A stretch of 64,000 nt of DNA from an uncultured Chthonomonadaceae bacterium (GTDB lineage Bacteria > Armatimonadota > Chthonomonadetes > Chthonomonadales > Chthonomonadaceae). Made by a program: the position numbers and the translations under genes. The notes beneath the pieces were generated by a model that was not told the DNA's origin, made no database searches, and worked only from the letters and a program-made list of their open reading frames with translations. Below, one piece after another: positions 53,719 to 62,431 of this stretch (the stretch's first letter is position 1; each line of letters starts with the position of its first letter). The DNA is taken from the NCBI GenBank assembly GCA_963817895.1, contig CAWFQB010000004.1, forward strand, positions 384,001 to 448,000, given 5' to 3'.

Positions 53719-54881
53719 AACTATGGAAACAGATAAAAGCGCTATGGAGCGGGCCAACGCCTGAACGCGCAGACTCGCCCCATAACGACCTGACGGAAAC
53801 GCTGCCGGATGCGGCCATTACGCCGCGTCCGCTCGTGGATACGGCAGGCTGGCAGAAAAAGCCAATCCTGCCTCCACTTGCCAAACCAACGCTGTACTTT
53901 TCAGGATGGGGGTTTGATGAGCGCGCGGGACACTGGAGTAGCAAAGACCGGGGCAAACAGACGGTGGACTTGGAAGCGGCGGGGCGGCGCTACATTATAC
54001 GGCGCGACAGCAGGCATTTGCTGTTTCGCGAACGCGGCGACAGTGATGAACGCGCGTCCCTGTATTTGACCCGACTGCTGGAAAATGCCTGGTCGTTCAA
54101 TCTCTCGAGCTATTCGGCGCGCTCTTTTGCCGAACAGATTGAACACGGAAAGTACGGGCGTTGGCTGTTGTACGTTGCCGACAACATGAAACCGGATCAG
54201 TGCGCGTTTCTGGCCTTTGATCCGAACGGCAGCGGATTTGCGATAGATGAACGCCTGACCGAACTGGCGGTTTTCCACTGGCAGGCGGCCACGCGGCTGT
54301 CCTGGCGGGAACTGCTGTCCGCAGACCCGGAAACCCTGCGCCCCCTGTGCGCCGACCTGTTTGCCACGCAGATTAATCCTGCCAGCAGTAACCCGTACAT
54401 TGACCCGGCAAACCTGGAAACCATTCCACACCGTTTTTTGTCGGGTTCGGAGGAAGAGTTGCGCCGCCTTACCCTTGCCATCGCGCACACCGAACCCGGA
54501 CTGTTCGACAGCAGTCTGGAACCGGTTACGATCACGTACCGGGCGCAAACGCCGCGCAAACGGGCGGGCATGACGCGGGCGCAGCAGGGGAAAGCTCAAC
54601 TCACACGGGGGCGGGTGACTTCGCTGTGCGATCTGGCCCTGCGCCTGAATACCTTTGTTGGCATCGAGTGGGAACCGAACCAACCCGAACCGAAGCGGCT
54701 GGGACATTTTGAGAAGCGCGTCCACAAAGTCAGCGTGACCGCGCATCCCCCATCCGCGCACGAACGCGCCGAATCCCTGCTGATACTGGCGGACTGGCTG
54801 GAAGGCAAAGTGCGGGAGGAGAAACGTCTGCGCCTGCTGGGAATAGAGGAGTACACGAATGACTGTGGAAAGCGCGTATGA
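53715..54881 (+). CDS. Unknown-family paralogue 4
   Basis: LYFSGWGFDER, YGRWLL, GSEEELRRLT, LCDLALRLNTFVG, PPSAHERAESLLILADWLEGKV; ATGA overlap with paralogue 3. Confidence 0.85.
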   Translation: MKLWKQIKALWSGPTPERADSPHNDLTETLPDAAITPRPLVDTAGWQKKPILPPLAKPTLYFSGWGFDERAGHWSSKDRGKQTVDLEAAGRRYIIRRDSRHLLFRERGDSDERASLYLTRLLENAWSFNLSSYSARSFAEQIEHGKYGRWLLYVADNMKPDQCAFLAFDPNGSGFAIDERLTELAVFHWQAATRLSWRELLSADPETLRPLCADLFATQINPASSNPYIDPANLETIPHRFLSGSEEELRRLTLAIAHTEPGLFDSSLEPVTITYRAQTPRKRAGMTRAQQGKAQLTRGRVTSLCDLALRLNTFVGIEWEPNQPEPKRLGHFEKRVHKVSVTAHPPSAHERAESLLILADWLEGKVREEKRLRLLGIEEYTNDCGKRV

Positions 54882-55935
54882 TTTTCCGCTGCCGGGGTTC
54901 TGGTCGGATCGCGCGGTCGCGGAGCAGGTATGTGATATTGACGGCACACGCTATCTGCTACGGCAACTGGATGAACATGTGCTTTACCGCGTAAGTGACC
55001 GCAACTGCGTGGAACATACGTTCTTCGTGCCTTATCGTACTGCCTCGGGGCGAAAGAGAAGCGGTTCCCGACAGCCAGCGGAAACAAATACTCGGACGAG
55101 CAGGCATAGGTATAATGCCCTTGCCGCTCGGATTAGAAAACCGCCGCGTATGTACTCTCAAAGCGTTTTTACGAAACAAATCTCAAAAGGTGAAAACGGG
55201 CGTGTAACGTTATACTGCTGCCCGGATGCGAGGGACTGCAATACAATTCTTTTCTTCCGGCAAGATGGCACAGGCTATTTTTTGGACTTTCACACCGCGA
55301 ACGGTTATAGTAGACATGAGCCGACGGAACAGGTAGATTTTGTGTGGGACGGAACTCGTTACGACATTGCCGGAGGCGCAGGAATTTTGACGGCGAAATG
55401 GGCGCAGTTGGAACCGCTGTGTCACGAGGTTTTTACAAAACAAGTATGGCGGCGTATGAAAAACCCGTTCGTTCGCTACAAAAAGACGCCAGATGCGCCA
55501 CTTGTCTGGCAGCGCGGCTCACAGGAAGAGTTGTTCCGTATCTCGCATTGCATTTTCCATACGCAACCCGGCGATTGGTCGGAACTGGAACTACAGGCGC
55601 CTGATAAGTGGACGATTGAAAACCATTGTTTTGGCTTGATCTATGTGGCCGAAATGGAAGCAAGCGCTGGTGGGGCCTCAAAGGACTGGCCGGAGCGGAT
55701 ACGCGCCCTGTGCGATCTCGCCTTTCAGCACAACACGTTTACAGGTTATCAATGGGTGTACAGTCGCTACAACAAATCACGCCGCAAAAGTTATACGATG
55801 CAGCCCTTGACACTAACGTGCCGCATCGCGCCGCCCTCCGCCCACGAACGCGCTGAAGCCTTGCTCACGCTCTGGGACTGGCTGGAAGACAAAGTTTCAG
55901 AGGCAGAGCGGCGGGCCTACTGTGGAGTAGATTAA
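54859..55935 (+). CDS. Unknown-family paralogue 5 (most divergent)
   Basis: QDGTG, GSQEELFRIS, LCDLAFQHNTFTG, PPSAHERAEALLTLWDWLEDKV. Confidence 0.8.
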   Translation: MTVESAYDFPLPGFWSDRAVAEQVCDIDGTRYLLRQLDEHVLYRVSDRNCVEHTFFVPYRTASGRKRSGSRQPAETNTRTSRHRYNALAARIRKPPRMYSQSVFTKQISKGENGRVTLYCCPDARDCNTILFFRQDGTGYFLDFHTANGYSRHEPTEQVDFVWDGTRYDIAGGAGILTAKWAQLEPLCHEVFTKQVWRRMKNPFVRYKKTPDAPLVWQRGSQEELFRISHCIFHTQPGDWSELELQAPDKWTIENHCFGLIYVAEMEASAGGASKDWPERIRALCDLAFQHNTFTGYQWVYSRYNKSRRKSYTMQPLTLTCRIAPPSAHERAEALLTLWDWLEDKVSEAERRAYCGVD

Positions 55936-56315
55936 CAGTGTGAAGCAACCCTATTTGTGTGCTGAAAGTTTGCGCTCCAGATTGGATGTGTATCGCAGGA
56001 GACCGGTCGGGCAAGGTACAATTATTCCATGAACATTAATTCCGTATCTGAAGATGAAACAACCGCTTACATGCTAAGGCTGTCCGAAAAACAGTTTGCG
56101 ACGCCGGAAGATTTGGCTATGTATCAAGTGTTGGATGGACAGCATGTAATTCAGGTCGAAGGAATGGCTTTTCGTCTGGAAGCGGATAACGTGCCGGACA
56201 AACTCGACGCGAAAGAACAGGAAGAAGCCAGCAGCCACATTCCTCATTGGAATGACGAAACGAACCAACCTGATCTTGAGGAATGTGCAGATGTAGTTGA
56301 CCGTACTTCATTGCA

Positions 56316-57570
56316 GGTAGCACCGCATTAAACGGTGAAAAGTAGGGTTGCGGCGCAACAGGGTGGGTGAATGCGCAAGTGGGTTCGGCTGCTTCGTAGA
56401 GTTGGTTACCACACCAAAACTCACGGAGGTCGCCATGAACCCACACCCCCTATTCTGCCTTAATCTGGCCTGTTCGTCAAGAGGCTTGCAAAATGCAGGC
56501 AACATCATCGTTCACGACAGTCTGCGCGACCGCTTTCGCTGCAAGACCTGCGGACACACCTTTAGCGCCAGCAAAGGAACCCTGTTCTACCGGCTGCGCA
56601 CCGACCCCAAGATCGTCATCTGTGTGCTGACACTTCTCGCCTGTGGGTGTCCGCTTCCTGCCATTGTCCGCGCTTTCGGCTTTGACGAGCGAACCGTCAC
56701 GAACTGGCAGCACAAAGCGGGGCAACATTGTGAAGCCGTCCACACGCATCTGGTGACAGGACACGCGCGCGACTTGCAGCAGGTGCAAGCCGATGAGGTT
56801 CGCGTCAAGCTGCAAGCGCGTCTGGTGATCTGGATGGCGATGGCAATCTGCGTTCCCTCGCGCTTGTGGCTGGGCGGGGTTCTCTCGCCGCACCGAGACA
56901 AACGCCTGATTGTCCGTCTGGTCGCTGTGGTCAAAGCCTGTGCGCAACACGCGCCCTTGCTGCTGATGAGCGATGGCTTGAGCAGTTATGTTCCGGCCTG
57001 GTGCCACGCCTTCCGCGAGGCGGTTCGTACCGGCAAGGTAGGTCGCCCGCGTTTACAGACGTGGCCGCATCTGGTAATCGGGCAAGTGGTCAAGCAGTAC
57101 GAACGTGGGCGCGTGATTGGCGTCGCGCAACGTCTGATACACGGCACGGTGGATCAACTGCAAGGCTTGCAGCCCGACGAACACAAACTCAACACGGCCT
57201 ATATCGAACGGCTCAATGCGACCTTCCGGCAACGGCTGTGTTGCTTGACACGGCGCGGTCGGTGTTTAGTTCGCCACGAAGCCACATTGCAGGCGGGCAT
57301 GTACTTGCTCGGTTGCGTGTACAACTTCTGTACGTTTCACAAGAGCCTGCGCCAGGAGCAGGGCAAAGGTTCGGGCAAGTGGCAACAGCGTACTCCGGCG
57401 ATGGCCGCGGGGATCACGCAAGAGTGCTGGAGCGTGACCGATTTGTTCGCCTACCGAGTACCGCCTGCGCCGTTTGTTGCCAGAAAGCGGCGGGGCCGCC
57501 CACCGGGAAGCGGCAAGAAAACGGCGCAAACGAGCGCACAAGCATAATCACACTTAACTGTGGGGCTACC
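56316..57570 (+). mobile_element. IS1 family insertion sequence with 9-bp target duplication
   Basis: IRs ggtagcaccgca... / ...ctgtggggctacc; direct repeat ttcattgca at 56307-56315 and 57571-57579. Confidence 0.92.
56435..57547 (+). CDS. IS1-family transposase (Zn-finger, HTH, DDE in one frame)
   Basis: CLNLAC...RFRCKTCGHTF, QVQADEV, MSDGLSSY, NTAYIERLNATFR, RTPAMAAG. Confidence 0.88.
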   Translation: MNPHPLFCLNLACSSRGLQNAGNIIVHDSLRDRFRCKTCGHTFSASKGTLFYRLRTDPKIVICVLTLLACGCPLPAIVRAFGFDERTVTNWQHKAGQHCEAVHTHLVTGHARDLQQVQADEVRVKLQARLVIWMAMAICVPSRLWLGGVLSPHRDKRLIVRLVAVVKACAQHAPLLLMSDGLSSYVPAWCHAFREAVRTGKVGRPRLQTWPHLVIGQVVKQYERGRVIGVAQRLIHGTVDQLQGLQPDEHKLNTAYIERLNATFRQRLCCLTRRGRCLVRHEATLQAGMYLLGCVYNFCTFHKSLRQEQGKGSGKWQQRTPAMAAGITQECWSVTDLFAYRVPPAPFVARKRRGRPPGSGKKTAQTSAQA

Positions 57571-58300
57571 TTCATTGCAAACTCCCGTAAGAAATCAAGA
57601 GGATCGCGGAACATGTGTCTGTTTTGCGTCCTTAGCCAACCTCGAAGTTCCATTGAAAGCGCAACTACAGGAAGATGTTGATCTTTCCGAACAGTATGCT
57701 AACTGGCTCTACATGGACATTGCAGGAAATGATTGGTGTAAGGATGGCCTGAAAACCACGCTGACGGCTCAGTATCTCACGCAATACGGGGTTTGTATGG
57801 AGGGGCTTTGCGCCTCTGAGGACGCCTCTGCTATTGCAGCGCATTGCAGCGATAAACCTTCTATCAAAGCGCGGCAGGAAGCAAAGTATGGAATAGGGGA
57901 GTATGCTCTTATTGACAATTTAGGCATACTCGGACCAAGCATTGCCAATCCAAGTTATTTAGAGGCAATTTTATGTCACGGGCATGATATTGTTTTCGGA
58001 GTACATGTGGCCTGGGGCAAAACCCCTGATACAAATGGCGTCTTTGACATAATTTTAGATAAGCATGGCATGTCCGCTTCAGTCCAGAGGCGGACATGCC
58101 ATGCTTATAGTAGGCTATAACCGGAGCGCGCCGATACCGTACATCATTTGCAAGAACAGTTGGGGAACTTCGGTTGGCGTAAGCGGGTACTACAACTTAT
58201 CCTTTGATTATATTCGGCAGTATGCGCGTTACAGCTACATCGTTCAGAAATTTCGGCTGGATATGCTGTCACATCCCTAAAAGAGAGTTGGAGTTGTTTA

Positions 58301-58642
58301 ATGGATACTGCGAAGATAAACGAAATGCTTCACAGAGATAACATTCAGCAGCGTTATTGCATCCATGTCGGAAGTGATATTGTAGTTGCAGGGCCGCGCA
58401 TACCGATGACTCGTTATACAGAGTTCGTTTCCGTCGAGCCTGAGAAGCAAGGTGATATAAGTAGTTTTCGCGTTTATACGAGTACCTCAGATGAAGGTGA
58501 AGGCCACCTGGCACTGCAAAATGTCGGAGTGCAATCTATAAGCCCCGGCACGTTGCATCTGAGTTTTGTCGCTAAAGACAGTTTGACAGGGGAAGCTATT
58601 GCAGGCGTAGAACCGGTGAACGTTACTATCGAGGCGGCATAG
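58301..58642 (+). CDS. Hypothetical small beta-rich protein downstream of the C1 peptidase
   Basis: 113-aa ORF with GGAG RBS, 20 nt after the peptidase stop. Confidence 0.6.
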   Translation: MDTAKINEMLHRDNIQQRYCIHVGSDIVVAGPRIPMTRYTEFVSVEPEKQGDISSFRVYTSTSDEGEGHLALQNVGVQSISPGTLHLSFVAKDSLTGEAIAGVEPVNVTIEAA

Positions 58643-58683
58643 AGTGCCAACAAGGTTTCTATGGGCAATGCAGTTGCATAATC

Positions 58684-58713
58684 TTGACAAAAGCAGCTTC
58701 GGCTTGCTATACT
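58684..58713 (+). promoter_or_regulatory. Sigma70 promoter of the tRNA gene
   Basis: TTGACA (58684-58689), 18 bp spacer, TATACT (58708-58713). Confidence 0.75.
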
Positions 58714-58727
58714 ATATTCGTTTCCCT

Positions 58728-58800
58728 GCCGACATGGCTCAGTGGTAGAGCAGCTGTTTCGTAAACAGCAGGTCAGCGGTTCGAAATCCGCTTGTCGGCT
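58728..58800 (+). tRNA. tRNA-Thr(CGT)
   Basis: Acceptor gccgaca/tgtcggc, D arm gctcagtggtagagc, anticodon arm gctgt-ttCGTaa-acagc, T arm agcgg-ttcgaaat-ccgct; CCA not encoded. Confidence 0.93.
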
Positions 58801-58834
58801 TTGTCTGTTTCTCTAACTTGACTGCACATGTAAA

Positions 58835-58871
58835 AGCCGCCGCAATTTGTTATCAGCAAATTGCGGCGGCT
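58835..58871. terminator. Hairpin between convergent tRNA and peroxiredoxin genes
   Basis: agccgccgcaatttg-ttatcag-caaattgcggcggct, with aaaa on the left side. Confidence 0.75.
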
Positions 58872-58916
58872 CTGTTTGTACTCCCGTACGGTGAGTTGGG
58901 GTTGACGAACAAAGGG

Positions 58917-59549
58917 TCAGCTGGTGGGCTGCGGGGTGGTGCGCAGGTAGGGCTTGATCTCTTTATAGTCGGGGAACAGGGTTTTGGCGTCCTCATTGGA
59001 CACGGCTGCCGTGATAATCACATCGTCGCCCTGCTTCCAGTCGGACGGGGTTGCCACTTTGTGTTTGGCCGTCAATTGCAGGCTGTCAATCACGCGCAGG
59101 ATTTCCTGAAAGTTGCGTCCCGTGCTGGCCGGGTAGGTGAGCGTCAGTTTCACCTTTTTGTCGGGGCCGATGATGAAAACGGAACGCACGGTCATGGTAT
59201 CGCTGGCGTTGGGATGGATCATGCCGTACAAATCCGACACTTTGCGATCCGTATCCGCAATCAGGGGGAAATTGAGCGCGGCTCCCTGCGTCTCCTCAAT
59301 GTCTTTGCTCCAGCCCGCGTGATTGGTCAGTTGATCCACGCTCAGGCCGACAACTTTGACATTGCGCTTGTCGAATTCCGGCTTCAATCTTGCCACCGCG
59401 CCCAGTTCCGTCGTGCAAACGGGCGTAAAGTCTTTGGGGTGCGAGAACAGCACGACCCAGCTATCTCCCGCCCACTCGTACAGATGAAGCGGGCCTTCCG
59501 TCGATTCCTGCGTAAAATCCGGGGCGACATCCCCAAGCTGAACAGCCAT
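58917..59549 (-). CDS. 1-Cys peroxiredoxin (Prx6 type)
   Basis: FSHPKDFTPVCTTELG, TYPASTGRNFQEILRVIDSLQ, KPYLR. Confidence 0.95.
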   Translation of the reverse strand: MAVQLGDVAPDFTQESTEGPLHLYEWAGDSWVVLFSHPKDFTPVCTTELGAVARLKPEFDKRNVKVVGLSVDQLTNHAGWSKDIEETQGAALNFPLIADTDRKVSDLYGMIHPNASDTMTVRSVFIIGPDKKVKLTLTYPASTGRNFQEILRVIDSLQLTAKHKVATPSDWKQGDDVIITAAVSNEDAKTLFPDYKEIKPYLRTTPQPTS

Positions 59550-59713
59550 TGTAATGCTCCTTCGCGTCCTGTCAACATTCGGCAAGCGGCGGCTATGCCG
59601 CTTGCCGTTGTGAATGGTTACTTAATCTATCAGGTTTGTAGAGTATCTCTATTTTGACACACGCGCAGCCATCCTGTCAACCGGAATTGTCGCTTCCATC
59701 AATCAACGATATG

Positions 59714-60358
59714 TCATTTACGGTACGCCACAATCATGCCGTCGCGCAGGGGTACGAGCGTGGAGATGAATTCCGGGTCGGTTGTCAGCATCCGCGTCAC
59801 TTCCATCACGCCCTCATTGTCCGGCGTGTGGTCGTTCGGATCGAAAATGGCCCCGTGCCACAGCATATTGTCAATCACCAATGCCCCGCCGGGTTTCAAC
59901 GTCTGCTTGATGATTGGCATGGAGGCCGGGTACATGTGCTTGTCAATGTCGTTGAACAGGATGTCGTAGGTTCCGCCCGTTTGGGTCAAGGCTTCCGTAG
60001 CCTCCCCGACGTGGTACTGGATAATGTCATCGTAGCCCAACCGTCCGAGATAGCCGCACGCTTTCGCGGACAGGTCGTTATCCCAGACGACGTGATGCAC
60101 CGTTCCGCCGCCGTTTTCCCGAACGGCTTTGGCGAACCATGCGGTCGAGTAACCGTAGCCCGAACCGAGTTCAAAAATCTGGGTGGCTTTCAGCATTCGG
60201 GCGAGTTGGTAGAGATAATAGCCGCCGGGGATGCCGATAATGGGAAAGCGGACTTCCCGCGCGTAGGCTTCCATTTCCAGCATGATCGGGTCACGCGGCG
60301 GCACAAGGCTCTCCAGATAGGCGGGCAAGTCCGGGTGGTACATTTGGGGTTCGGGCAT
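59714..60358 (-). CDS. O-methyltransferase (COMT/CCoAOMT-like)
   Basis: FELGSGYGYSTAW, YDILFNDIDK, LKPGGALVIDNMLWHG, VPLRDG. Confidence 0.9.
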   Translation of the reverse strand: MPEPQMYHPDLPAYLESLVPPRDPIMLEMEAYAREVRFPIIGIPGGYYLYQLARMLKATQIFELGSGYGYSTAWFAKAVRENGGGTVHHVVWDNDLSAKACGYLGRLGYDDIIQYHVGEATEALTQTGGTYDILFNDIDKHMYPASMPIIKQTLKPGGALVIDNMLWHGAIFDPNDHTPDNEGVMEVTRMLTTDPEFISTLVPLRDGMIVAYRK

Positions 60359-60494
60359 GGTTTTCTCCTGAAACGTTATTGGGTGTTCGGTGTTCGGTAT
60401 TGGGACAGCCTGTATTTCCTGCTTAAACTGAATACGCCTGCTGTCAACAAAATGTTGACAGCAGGCGTAAGGAATGTGATTTCGGCGTGGCAGG

Positions 60495-61124
60495 TTACTT
60501 GCCGGATTTGGCGGGTTCTTTGATCTCGTTGCTGCCGTTGGAAAGGATTTTCTGCGCCAGCTGCGGCTCTTGTACCAGAACGTCTTTGTGCGCGTCTCTG
60601 GTATCCGCCGCCAGTTCGTCCGGCTCAATGAAGAAATGCAGTTCGTGGCAGAACTTTTCGCGTTCGCCGATAAAGTTCTCAATCTGGCTCGCGTCGAACA
60701 CGTCTTTGATCTCATCGGTCAACTCGTGCGTTTCGCGGAGCTTATGCAAACTCGTGACTGTGCCGACAATATCATTGGCAAGCATTTCCTTCAAGTCGAA
60801 CAGGTCGTCACCCTCCGGTTTGACAGGCGAAATCTTTTCAAACTCGCTCATCGTGGAGATGGGAATGCCGCCAAAGTAGGTGATGCGCTCGGCAAAGAAA
60901 TCGGCCTGTTCCAACAGTTGACCGGCAACCTCATCCAGCAGCAGATGAATGTCGTGCCACTGTGGGCCGCGCACCAACCAGTGATGCTTCTTCACCTGAA
61001 AATACAGCACATAAGTCAGGCTCAGATGTTCGTTGAACGCTTTGACGATCTTTTCGGCGTCTTCCTGTTTGTACCCAATCGGGTTGGGCAATACGTCCTT
61101 CACGCGCTGATAAGCGGTAGGCAT
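60495..61124 (-). CDS. dps: Dps / ferritin-like DNA starvation protection protein
   Basis: KKHHWLVRGPQWHDIHLLLDE...ADFFAERI...GGIP. Confidence 0.88.
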   Translation of the reverse strand: MPTAYQRVKDVLPNPIGYKQEDAEKIVKAFNEHLSLTYVLYFQVKKHHWLVRGPQWHDIHLLLDEVAGQLLEQADFFAERITYFGGIPISTMSEFEKISPVKPEGDDLFDLKEMLANDIVGTVTSLHKLRETHELTDEIKDVFDASQIENFIGEREKFCHELHFFIEPDELAADTRDAHKDVLVQEPQLAQKILSNGSNEIKEPAKSGK

Positions 61125-61361
61125 TACAGTATCTCCTGTGACAATCACTAAATGGCAATCAATGGCAATTCTATGTTCGCCCCGGCCTGTCATAAGCGCA
61201 GCCCTGAAGCGGGGGCTTGCAGGGCTACATTCGCAAACGTTGACGTGGGGGCGTCCGGTAAACAGACGCACCATTCGCCCCTCCTGTTCCCCGTTCTAAA
61301 TTGGGTATACTGTCGGGTTAGGTGGTTGATGGTTGATATACATCATAGATGGAGCAGGCGA

Positions 61362-61577
61362 ATGGATAAACTGATTGTGAACTCGACGGTGATTTACGCG
61401 GTCGGATATGACGCTAAACGGGGCGATCTGGAGATTGAGTTCAAAGAGGGCGGCGTGTACCTGTATCTCGGCGTACCGGCCCCGCTCTACCTTGAACTGA
61501 TGAACGCTGAAAGCACAGGCGCGTATTTCGACGATAAAATCAAAAACCAGTTTGTGTTTCGCAAACTGGATAAATAA
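61362..61577 (+). CDS. KTSC domain protein
   Basis: VNSTVIYAVGYD...LEIEFKEGGVYLYLGVP..LYLELMNAESTGAYF..IK. Confidence 0.88.
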   Translation: MDKLIVNSTVIYAVGYDAKRGDLEIEFKEGGVYLYLGVPAPLYLELMNAESTGAYFDDKIKNQFVFRKLDK

Positions 61578-61662
61578 CCCGTAGGGACACAACTTGTTGT
61601 GTCCTCCTTCTACGGCGTTTTCTGCGTTAAATGGGCGCGGACACATGTTGTGTCCCTACGGG
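61578..61662. repeat. Inverted pair of GTAG REP-like palindromes
   Basis: cccgtagggacacaacttgttgtgtcc ... ggacacatgttgtgtccctacggg; same family as 17091 and 29737. Confidence 0.85.
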
Positions 61663-61725
61663 ACTGCTTTTGCAGCAGATTAGCTTTGCTTGAACAATAT
61701 TGTGTAGATGCTGAGTGGAGAGTGA

Positions 61726-62430
61726 ATGAACGAAGTGAGCAATACGAAACCTACAGAAACGTTTTCGGGGGAGTGTATTTCAGAGCCTGAAGACGGCAGG
61801 GCGTGGATTGGCTACGTCGCGCCGATGGCGCTGTTTATGGTTCTTTCGATGTTTGAGGGCGACACAAACAGATATGTCTGGATTTACATTCTGAAAGTGG
61901 TGGTTGTCAGCCTGAGTCTGATCGTGTTTCGCAAGACCCTGCGCGACTACCGCTTTGAATGGCGCGTCCTGCTGCCTGCACTGCTTGTCGGTCTGTTTGT
62001 TTTTGTGGAATGGATTTGGATTGACCCGCACACGCCGCATCTGGCGTTCGGGAAGCGTATCGCTTTCGATCCGCTTGCCCTGAGCGAACCGCAGCGTACC
62101 CTGTTCCTGACCTTCCGCCTGTTCGGGCTGGCGGTCATGGTTCCCATCATGGAGGAACTGTTCTGGCGCTCGTTCCTCATCCGTTACATCACGACGGAAA
62201 AATTCCAGTCTATCCCGCCGTATGCGTTTTCATGGGGCGCGTTCGCCGCAGTTACGGGAGCCTTTGCCCTTGCGCACCCGGAATGGCTGGCCGCTATCAT
62301 CTGCGCTGTCGCGTATGGCCTGCTTCTGCGCCAAACCAAAAGCCTCTTCGCCTGCTGCATCGCCCACGCCGTTACCAACTTAACCCTCGGCATTTACGTT
62401 CTCACCACGCACAACTGGCTGTACTGGTGA
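61726..62430 (+). CDS. CAAX prenyl protease-related (CPBP) membrane protein
   Basis: VPIMEELFWRSFLIRY, FALAH, CIAHAVTNLTLGIYV. Confidence 0.88.
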   Translation: MNEVSNTKPTETFSGECISEPEDGRAWIGYVAPMALFMVLSMFEGDTNRYVWIYILKVVVVSLSLIVFRKTLRDYRFEWRVLLPALLVGLFVFVEWIWIDPHTPHLAFGKRIAFDPLALSEPQRTLFLTFRLFGLAVMVPIMEELFWRSFLIRYITTEKFQSIPPYAFSWGAFAAVTGAFALAHPEWLAAIICAVAYGLLLRQTKSLFACCIAHAVTNLTLGIYVLTTHNWLYW

Positions 62431-62431
62431 C

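Larger units (their letters stand above)
56029..58280 (+). pseudogene. C1 (papain-like) cysteine peptidase interrupted by the IS1-family element, plus a frameshift near 58070
   Basis: Removing the IS and one TSD copy joins VDRTSLQ to TPVRNQEDRGTCVCFA (Q/C site); DLSEQY; GGHAMLIVGY and KNSWG in the next frame. Confidence 0.88.

Noticed and set aside
50407..55935. Paralogue array as targets of a diversity-generating retroelement or an integron cassette array
   Set aside because: No reverse transcriptase or integrase, no template/variable repeat pair with adenine-specific differences, and no attC-like sites. The genes overlap or abut.
58776..58793. Eight-nucleotide T-loop (TTCGAAAT) in tRNA-Thr
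   Set aside because: Most likely an extra A in a homopolymer, given the indel rate of this sequence.
43661..58800. tRNA-Thr as integration site of the accessory region
   Set aside because: The region lies 5' of the tRNA, which keeps its own promoter. I saw no integrase and no duplicated tRNA end.
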